NCBI GenBank assembly: GCA_002269645.1
Contig: NIVC01002175.1
Span: 1 to 27,144, forward strand
Reading direction: 5' to 3'
DNA length: 27,144 nucleotides
Origin: Macrostomum lignano
Taxonomy: Eukaryota
Part shown: piece by piece, positions 18,162 through 27,144 of the stretch
Layout of the letters: each line of letters starts with the position of its first letter
How positions within the stretch are numbered: position 1 is the stretch's first letter
Program-made: the position numbers and the translations under genes
The notes under the pieces: model-generated
What the model was told of the DNA's origin: nothing
The model's input: only the letters and a program-made list of their open reading frames with translations
Databases searched by the model: none

Positions 18162-18428
18162 TCAACCCCTTTTCTTCCTTGCAGTCTGAGTAGCGACAGG
18201 CAGGCAGCTTTTTGGTTTCTGAGCATTATTATATCGTCGATTTTCTTGCGGCATTCTGGAAGTCTGACCGCTTGTCATCGGCAATGCCGGCTGGAATGCC
18301 GAGCGCAAATGCGGCTGATGCTCCAAGAGACTGGCCAGCTGGTAGCGCAGGTGGCGGAGCTGGTTGGCTTGGAAGCCAAGATAACGCAGGTACTCCAGCG
18401 GGTACTGATGCTCATTGTTCCACCAGCC
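18162..18428 (-). CDS. Probable terminal exon of TRP paralog 2
   Basis: Acceptor CTCGCTAG, then an open frame GWWNNEHQYPLEYLRYLGFQANQLRHLRYQLASLL... to TGA at 18162-18164. Missed by the ORF track because it has no early ATG. Confidence 0.45.
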   Translation of the reverse strand, partial: GWWNNEHQYPLEYLRYLGFQANQLRHLRYQLASLLEHQPHLRSAFQPALPMTSGQTSRMPQENRRYNNAQKPKSCLPVATQTARKKRG

Positions 18429-18600
18429 CTAGCGAGGGGTTTATATTGCGAGTGAGTTACATGACGAATGTGAGGCTTTGATAATACGCCAAGGTAAATC
18501 ATTTTCGTTAGTTCTATCGATTTACGTGTGTTTCGTGCATCTGGATTGCAATGATGCACATTGTATTACGAGCATAGGATTTAATAATTGCGTCACTTAC

Positions 18601-18647
18601 TTTTCATTGTCTGTTGCAGTGTAGAATATACGCACATAGCTGCAGAA
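18601..18647 (-). CDS. Probable micro-exon of TRP paralog 2 (FCSYVRIFYTATDNEK)
   Basis: Acceptor CACTCAG and strong donor GTAAGT at 18600. Phase fits the next exon only if the terminal A4 run lacks one base. Confidence 0.4.
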
Positions 18648-18927
18648 CTGAGTGCATACTTACGTCTTGCAACCGCGAATACATGTAGAAATTAAGTCCA
18701 AGGGAAGGTGGAAGGTGGGAAAAATTCCTAAACGAACAAACCATACATTATATTTTAGGATCAGTGTCGTTAGTACACTGATTTTTTTAACTGCAGGCAC
18801 TCATTTTGGCGTCCAAAAAGCAAACCGATTACTATCTTTGTCCGCCACATATAGCTTTACTGGGAGGACAATATTTCTACTGTCTTTTCCCGTGGTGACT
18901 ACAATAAACAACAACAAACAGACGTAC

Positions 18928-21900
18928 CTCATTGTCACAATCAACTTTCAACCGTCTGAAGCAGCCACAAGACCAGCAGGTAAAGAGCGCCACTCGTCTC
19001 TGATGCTCACGCAGCAGCTCAAAATACGACCGCCTCCACAGCCCGACCGCTTTGTCACGCATTTCATTGACGCGGCTACTGAACCTGGCAATGAGCAGGT
19101 ACAGCATCACGATGTTTACCAGGCTGAGAAAGACAAACACGAGTAGATTTTGAAACCAGGAGAGCCCGATCGCGTTGGCAACTGATCCTACAGACTGGTC
19201 GAGGCCGCTACGCGGTGTGTCGAAGTTGATCTGGTCAAATTTTGTAAACAGCAGGTCAAGTGGCAGGGTGAATATCTGTAGAATCACTCGCCACCAGTAG
19301 GTGTTCGCACTGAGCTCACTCTGCACTGACGTAGTCACAGGAAACAACAAGTTGAAGTAGAAAACTCCGAATGAGTAAAAAATAATTCCAACGATGCTTA
19401 GAAAAGGCAGAAAGTCTTTCAGAACAACGCACTTCATCATAGCGATCATGGGTCCTACTGTCGATGAAAAGTTCAAGAAAGCAATTAGCCGAAGTCCAAA
19501 CAACAGACATGAGGCCGACATTGTGGCTTGACAAGCGTACACGGTGATATCAGTGGGCCTGAGAAAGATGCACCACTTCCAAATTATTCCCAACCAGAGT
19601 AGAATAAGAGCACACCAGTCTATCAAGTTAGAGAAGTCTCTGCAGTACGGCGGACAGCTTCCAAGTCTTCTTGGTCTGGCGCTGGTCCCGCATCTGCGGC
19701 AGGTGTGAGGCATCAAAGCCATGACAACATCGATCACTTGTAGAATTAGGAAGAACGAAGCAAAGGCTGTTAAAATCGCGTCAATTGTCCATGAGTTAAA
19801 AGTCCGCGCAAAGTCAGTTGTGTACCACGAAAAGTAAAGTAGGAACACTGCATGGACGGCTAGACGCGCATAAAACAACATTGCAAGTCCGAAGCTATAA
19901 ATCCAGGAGCTGGAACTTGTTCCTTGGCCTCGCCTTTCATAACACGAAGATCGCCATTCATCATTGGCCATCCTATGAAGACAATCTGTTGCTAGGAGCT
20001 CGTCGCAGTCGGCCTCCTCAATCAGATCCATGATGGTGACACTCGTAGCCGTGTGGTAAATTTCACAAGTACTACAGTTCGCTCCAGGAAAACGAGGCCC
20101 ACCAGCTTGAGCTTGGTCGTCACAAATGTTGCCCCGGATGTACCGGAATAGCATCTGTTTCTCGCTCCAGCTAGCATTTTCAAACAGATGGTTGACGACA
20201 ACGACGAGAACTCTTATTACTCTTTTATATAGGTTTTCGAGTTGCTCATATCCGCTGCAAGTCTCACCCCGCTGATTTTGCAGCTGTATGATCAGACGCA
20301 GGCATGCAGGAATCAGGTCAAACTGTCTCGTGATGACAAGATCTGGTAGAAGCTCGAACTTGCCAGCTTTCAGGGCGATATCAACTATTTGAAGCTCCGA
20401 CTGCGAATTTGTTTGCTGACAGCCTGGAAGCAGATTTGATCGACTTTGCTCAACCAGATAGTCGAGGAACTTTGTTTCCGCGTCTGGACTAATAAGATTT
20501 AGTCTGAGTGCACTTCTGAAAGCCACAGAAGAGTCTAGGTACCAAGCTTGGCGAAATGCGTCTGCAAAAAGCATCTGTTGTTTTGATACCACAAGAGGCT
20601 GCTGCTCCAGAGTGGAAACCGTTGATCCATTGTCTGCCACAGACAGCACATGACATGCGCTGTCATAGTCAGGTAGCTCTAGCGACCATCGGATTGGGTC
20701 AATAAAACGAAGCGCGTCAACTACGCGGATTTCGAGAGCCTCTAAAAGGCTTTCTAGCTTGCCGGCTTCAACTGCATAGTCAATGCAAGTGAGCCCTGCG
20801 CTGTCTAAATCTGTAAGTCTTAGCCGCTTCTTCAAAAGAAAGTCAATGTTGTTCTTGTGAGCAGCTTGACAAGCAAAGTGTAGGCAGGTGGCGCCGAGTC
20901 TGGGGCCTTTCAGGACCTGCTCTCTTACAAGTTTGTACGACTTTGTGTTCAACTGGGTCTTAAATACGTTAACAATGTTCTCTAGAGAATACCTGCCAGA
21001 GTAGAAATGAAGAATATGAAAACCTGACGAGTTGTAAGCGTTCAAGTTTAGTGACACTTTGACATGCTTTGAAGCCGATGATAGCACGGCTTTAAGAACG
21101 TCTTCATTCAGGCGACTGCACTGAAGCCAGTTTTGTCCCAGAATGTTCTCAGCTCTCTGATCGATGCCAAAGTTGTTGATCAGCTTTTGGACAGCGGCAT
21201 TGAAATTCTTGATTGACTCGCTATTTCCACTGCCGAGCATGACAGCATGAAGTAGGCTGTTTCCTTCCAAGTCACAAATTCGAAAGTCCTTCTTAGGTGC
21301 ATCAGTAGCGAGAAGAAACTCGAAATTCCAGCCCATGCATGCGTAAAACAGCATGTTCCTGCCGAATCGGTCCTGCTTGCTTGAGTACCAGTTGATGTCG
21401 CTTGTTTCTTTGAGAAAGTCCATAACGCCTTTGTCCTGCGCAGCAAAATGTATCGGTGTCTGGCCGTCGTTATTGGCATCTTCTGTTATTTTCTCAGCGA
21501 AATTTTCAACTGGCGTCATGACCATCCGTCTGGTAATTTTCATGAAAGTCCTGGGCTTCCCATACAGCCCAGTGTAATGCAGAACCGTGTTACCGGACTT
21601 ATCGGGTCTAAACAGTTCCAGTGAGACTATGTCAGCCATTTGTTCTGCTGCGCTGTCAGGCAGGTACTTAATGATAGCCTGCATCACTGACTGACCGTTG
21701 GCATTCTTCCAATTCAAGCACTTTTGTCCCCAACATGCCAGAGCCACTGAATTGAAAAGCTGTCATGCTGTTTCCCTGAATATGCATCCAAATGAACGTG
21801 CTGGTTCCTAGCTGCATAGTGAGCGAGAGTGTCGCCCTCGTCATCAACCAGATTTTTAGGAGCACCGAGTTCATCAGATTCCAATGCATGATTTAGAAAA

Positions 21901-22468
21901 GTCTTGGCGGTCTCTACACTGCAGTGCTCCATGGCTATGTGAAGCACGGTCTGTTTTTTGCTATTCTTCCACAGCATAAATCCTCTTGTGACAGGCCAGT
22001 TGGTCCGCTGGTTGCCGTCTGATGCTCGTAAAATTTCTAGAATGACCTCCTCGTGGCTGCAGTTCCGAGCGGCACAATGGGCCAGTGTGTTTCCGTATTT
22101 GTCTCTGAGCCGGTAGCTGCATAAAAAACGAAGCACGTTCGGCCAGAGTTGCTTGAGTTGCTCGAGCGAGTAGCTTGCGGTGGCGTAATGAAGCGGAGTT
22201 GCTTTGTGTTCATCTTCCATGTCAAGACAAGAAAGTCCTGCACTGCGAGACAGTTCCTCGAGCAAACGGAAGCCTCCTGGTTTCATGGCGGCAAAGTGAG
22301 CCGCAGTTCGACCCTCATCGTCTCTTTCCAAACTGAAGGCCTGCTGAATGTGCTTGATGGAAACTTCGAAATTGCCTCGTTTGGCTTCAACAAGCAGGCT
22401 TCCTCTGATCTCTCATTCTGTAACTGCGCTGCTGCAGGCGGACCGACTGCAGTCGTCATATTGATCAA
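18928..22468 (-). CDS. Ankyrin-repeat TRP-like cation channel, paralog 2, main exon with complete S1-S6 and TRP-helix region; frameshifts near 22400 and 21755-21758
   Basis: ORFs 22283..22468, 21714..22331 and 18877..21747 join into ankyrin repeats plus FGLRLIAFLNFSSTVGPMIAMMK..LKDFLPF, LLFP, VNIVMLYLLIARFS and WRRSYFELLREH. Donor GAG|GTACGT at 18928/18927. Confidence 0.88.
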
Positions 22469-22699
22469 ATGGTACTCAGGACAATGCAGTTGTAGGACCA
22501 GCGCAGCCTGCGATTCAAGTGATGTTTTTATTCCGTGAGTAAATCAGAGTGGCTTAGGAATCGCACTTGGTTAAAATGCACGCACAAGGTACATAATCTA
22601 CTGAAACGGTATTTACAAAACTCGTGCTTTCAGTAGCGAACTTTTAAAACATTGGCAGCTAAACTACCGTGGCTTACGCAGAGTAAGGGGCACCACGGT

Positions 22700-25410
22700 C
22701 CACTAAGAGACAGGGGCGCCCACTAAAGAGACAGGGGCCCACTAAGAGACAGCAGCGCCCACTAAAGACAGGGGCGCCCACTAAGAGACAGGGGCACCCA
22801 CTAAGAGACAGGGGCCCACTAAGAGACAGGGGGCCCACTAAGAGACAGGGGCCCACTAAGAGACAGGGGGCCCACTATTAAGAGACAGGGGACCCACTAT
22901 TAAGAGACAGGGGGCCCATAAAAGGACAGGGGACCCACTAAGAGACAGGGGCGCCCACTAAGAGACAGCGGCGGCCACTAAGAGACAGGGGCGGCCACTA
23001 AGAGACAGGGGCGCCACTAAGAGACAGGGGCGCCCACTAAGAGACAGGGCGGCCACTAAGAGACAGGGGCGGCCACTAAGAGACAGGGGCGCCACTAAGA
23101 GACAGGGGCGGCCACTAAGAGACAGGGGCGCCCACTAAGAGACAGGGGCGCCCACTAAGAGACAGGGGCGCCCACTAAGAGACAGGGGCCCACTATTAAG
23201 AGACAGGGGCGCCCACTATTAAGACAGGGGGCCCACTATTAAGAGACAGGGGCCCACTAAAGAGACAGGGGCGCCACTATTAAGAGACAGGGGCGCCACT
23301 AAAGAGGCAGGGCGCCCACTAAGAGACAGGGGCGCCCACTAAGAGACAGGGGCGCCACTAAGAGACAGGGGCGGCCACTAAGAGACAGGGGCGCCCACTA
23401 AGAGACAGGGGCGCCCACTAAGAGACAGGGGCGCCACTAAGAGACAGGGGCGCCACTAAAGAGACAGGGGCGCCACTAAAGAGACAGGGGCGGCCCACTA
23501 AAGAGACAGGGGCGCCCACTAAAGAGACAGGGGCGCCACTATTAAGAGACAGGGGGCCCACTAAGAGACAGGGGCGCCCACTAAGAGACAGGGGCGCCCA
23601 CTAAGAGACAGGGGCGCCCACTAAGAGACAGGGGCGCCACTAAGAGACAGGGGCGCCCACTAAGAGACAGGGGCGGCCACTAAGAGACAGGGGCGCCCAC
23701 TAAGAGACAGGGGCGCCCACTAAGAGACAGCGGCGCCCACTAATAGACAGGGGCGCCACTAAGAGACAGGGGCGCCCACTAAGAGACAGGGGCGGCCACT
23801 AGAGACAGGGGCCCACTATTAGAGACAGGGGACCCACTATTAAGAGACAGGGGACCCACTAAAGACAGGGGCCCACTATAAGAGACAGGGCGGCCACCAA
23901 GAGACAGCGGCGGCCACTAAGAGACAGGGGCGCCCACTAAGAGACAGGGGCGCCCACTAAGAGGCAGGGGCGCCCACTAAGAGACAGGGGCGCCACTAAG
24001 AGACAGGGGCGGCCACCAAGAGACAGGGGCGGCCACTAAGAGACAGGGGCGGCCCACTAAGAGACAGGGGCGGCCACTAAGAGACAGGGGCGCCACTAAG
24101 AGACAGGGGCGCCCACTAAGAGACAGGGGCGGCCACTAAGAGACAGGGGCGCCCACTAAGAGACAGGGGCGCCCACTAAGAGACAGGGGGACCCACTATT
24201 AAGAGACAGGGGCAGCCACTATTAAGAGACAGGGGGCCCACTAAGAGACAGGGGGACCCACTATTAAGAGACAGGGGCAGCCACTAAGAGACAGGGGCGC
24301 CCACTAAGAGACAGGAGTGCCCATGCACCAAGGGACAGGGGCGCCCACTAAGAGACAGGGGCGCCCACCAAGAGACAGGGGCGGCCACTAAGAGACAGGG
24401 GCCCACTAAGAGACAGGGGCGGCCACTAAGAGACAGGGGCGCCACTAAGAGACAGGGGCGCCCACTAAGAGACAGCGGCGCCCACTAATAGACAGGGGCG
24501 CCACTAAGAGACAGGGGCGCCCACTAAGAGACAGGGGCGGCCACTGAGAGACAGAGGGACCCACTATTAAGAGACAGGGGGCCCACTATTAAGTGACAAG
24601 GGGACCCACTATTAAGAGACAGGGGGACCACTATTAAGAGACAGCGGCGGCCACCAAGAGACAGCGGCGGCCACAAGAGACAGGGGCGGCCACTAAGAGA
24701 CAGGGGCGCCCACTAAGAGGCAGGGGCGCCACTAAGAGACAGGGGCCCACCAAGAGACAGGGGCGGCCACCAAGGACAGGGGCGGCCACTAAGAGACAGG
24801 GGCGCCCACTAAGAGACAGGGGCGGCCACTAAGAGACAGGGGCGGCCACTAAGAGACAGGGGCGCCCACTAAGAGACAGGGGCGCCACTAAGAGATAGGG
24901 GCGCCCACTAAGAGACAGGGGCGGCCCACCAAGAGACAGGGGGCCACTAAGAGACAGGGGCGGCCACCAAGAGACAAGGGCGGCCACCAAGAGACAGGGG
25001 CGGCCACTAAGAGACAGGGGCGCCCACTAAGAGACAGGGGCGCCCACTAAGAGACAGGGGGACCCACCCAGGGGACCCACTAAGAGACAGGGGGACCACT
25101 ATTAAGAGACAGGGGGCCCACTATTAAGAGACAGGGGGACGCCACTATTAAGAGACAGGGGGACCCACTATTAAGAGACAGGGGGCCCACTATTAAGAGA
25201 CAGGGGGACCCACTATTAAGAGACAGGGGACCCACTATTAAGAGACAGGGGGACCCACTATTAAGAGACAGGGGCGCCCACCAACAGACAGCAGGGCGCC
25301 CACCAACAGACAGCAGGGCGCCCACCAAGACACAAGCACAAGGGACAGGGGCGCCCACCAACAGACAGCAGGGCGCCCACCAACAGACAGCAGGGCGCCC
25401 ACCAAGACAC
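22700..25410. repeat. Approx. 2.7-kb GC-rich satellite of 19-23-bp units
   Basis: Core CCACTAAGAGACAGGGGCG(C/G) with CTATTAAG and GGGACC variants; last units become CCACCAACAGACAGCAGGGCGC. Confidence 0.98.
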
Positions 25411-26099
25411 CAAGCATTCGAATTGTGAGTTTTGTGTTTGCTGTTCTGGGGTTGGCCTGCGCTGGGGGGTTGGGCACGCTTTTATTTACCTGCGTCAATA
25501 TCGATTACATACATGTACATGAATACTTCGTGCGTGACAAATATATATATCGACTAAATTTGGCCTTTGAGTGTGTATTTCTCTCGCAATTCTGGTCTTA
25601 CAGAATGTTGGCGCCCCTTTATGCATGAGGCCCTTACATAAAAATTCCTGAGTATGCCCCTGCAAAAGCAAGGTCCGAAGTATTTTTGCCGATTAACTTA
25701 CCACACGAGAAGTACCAAAGAGTCTAGCTATACAAATAATTCGCCAAACCAATGTTTTTGATAAACGCTTAAAGTTGGTTTAAATTTATCAGCTTAAACG
25801 AGAAAATATTGCCCTTAAGCCTGGCTTGTATCCATTTTATACTTCTGTTCGTCCTACTGACATGCAAGCCCTGCTAAATTAGGCACGCATTGCAGGTACC
25901 CCAGTGTGAGTTGCCAAGATAGTTCAGTAAATCTGTCAAGTGTCACGTTTTACTGAACTGAGTGGGTAAAACACGTACAGTTCCTGATAGATGGAACTAG
26001 AGAAAATACAAATGTCTGGGTGTCACACTACTACCGTATTATTGCACACTTTGAGTTCATATACTTAAAATACCCTAACCCTGCAGTGACGTCGATGTC

Positions 26100-26375
26100 C
26101 AGGGGCGTCGCCATGGATTTCATGGTGGGGGGACAAAGCCCAAGAATTCTACATGTACATTATTTTAGGAATTGATGCTGTTAACAATCATTTTGGCCGC
26201 AGGCACTAAATATGTTTTGTTGCCCTGAAGCAAAATTATTGATTTCCATAACAAGTCAACAAAGGCGGGGTGAGGGGGGGGGCAAAGCATTGGCATGTCC
26301 CCCATAACTTTTAATGGGAGGATCTAGAGGGGGACATGTCCCCCTGTTCCCCCCTGGTGGCGATCGACGCCCCTG
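26100..26375. mobile_element. MITE-like non-autonomous DNA transposon, about 276 bp
   Basis: Left TIR CAGGGGCGTCGCCA at 26100-26113. Right TIR TGGCGA(TCGA)CGCCCCTG at 26358-26375. Subterminal GGGGGACA/TGTCCCCC inverted pair. No canonical TSD seen. Confidence 0.7.
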
Positions 26376-26584
26376 TCGAAAGCGTCAACCCAAGGCCAAA
26401 ATTATTCTGTTTGACCTAATAAATATTAACATTAACGACGTCATATGTCGGCCGAACGTCGGTGCAATTTAGACCGTTGCCGACGTCGGGTTGCTGTACA
26501 GGTGACTAGTTAGAACTCCTGGTTTTTGAAGACCAGGTGAGTAAAAAGCTGCGCACAGGCCACGCCAGTTTATTTAGTGTGTTT

Positions 26585-26825
26585 GGATGAAGCTGTGAGG
26601 CTGAGTTTGTCTGGATGAAGCTGTGAGGCTGAGTGGGTCTGGGTGAAGCTGTGAAGCTGAGTGGGTCTGGATGAAGCTGCGAAGCTGAGTGGGTCTGGAT
26701 GAAGCTGCGAAGCTGAGTGGGTCTGGATGAAGCTGTGAGGCTGAGTGGGTCTGGATGAAGCTAGATGTGAAGCTGAGTGGGTCTGGATGAAGCTGTAAAG
26801 CTGAGCGGGTCTGGATGCTGTGAGG
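26585..26825. repeat. 28-bp minisatellite, about 8.5 copies
   Basis: Consensus GGATGAAGCTGTGAGGCTGAGTGGGTCT. Confidence 0.95.
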
Positions 26826-27144
26826 ATTTTAAATGAGAAAGTTACTCAAATTTGTCTCCCAATTTTATGCTACCAAGGTAGCTCTTAGGATGGTTAATTT
26901 TTCAAATAAATATAATTTTTTAAACAACATAGCAGTGCCGATTTGAATGACTTTACTTGACTAAGTTTGCTTTTATTTTCATCAAAAGTTCTCGCTTCAC
27001 TCTCGCATTCTTTTCAAAGTCAAAGACAAACACTTGATTAAATCTTGCTGCATCGAGTTATCTGACAGGCAACACCCATACCTCAGCTTTAATTCTTCCA
27101 ATAGGTACATTTATTCTTTCGATTTAAAGTGCTCGATTTGCTGC

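Noticed and set aside
22674-25498. ORFs 22674..22856, 25080..25361 and 25238..25498
   Set aside because: Translations of satellite monomers.
26072-26082. Telomere-like CCCTAACCCT
   Set aside because: Under two repeat units; expected by chance.

Overview
Animal-type nuclear DNA with three parts. (1) About 1-9645: the right-hand part of a Polinton/Maverick (adintovirus-like) element. The pPolB C-terminus on + converges on a compact minus-strand cluster: PC4-like, integrase, minor capsid, basic core-like protein, major capsid, adenain protease, packaging ATPase, two conserved hypotheticals, a DnaQ-like ORF and, unexpectedly, a full two-repeat TATA-binding-protein (TBP) homolog. The element ends in a 47-bp hairpin array and a CTACTACT terminus. 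Its genes are preceded by two recurring motifs, (A/G)CTTAAGAA and GTATATAAG. Together with TBP and PC4 this suggests a self-encoded transcription-initiation module, the best candidate for an undescribed system here. (2) 9641-22468: two tandem minus-strand ankyrin-repeat TRP-like channel genes. The first is cut by the Polinton right after the S4-S5 linker. Between them lie a tRNA-derived SINE with a 14-bp TSD, a hammerhead-like motif and a minisatellite. (3) 22700-26825: a 2.7-kb satellite of about 20-bp units, a MITE and a 28-bp tandem repeat. Nine frameshifts can be repaired by lengthening short base runs, which points to consensus error rather than decay. All family calls come from motif recognition by eye; no searches were run.
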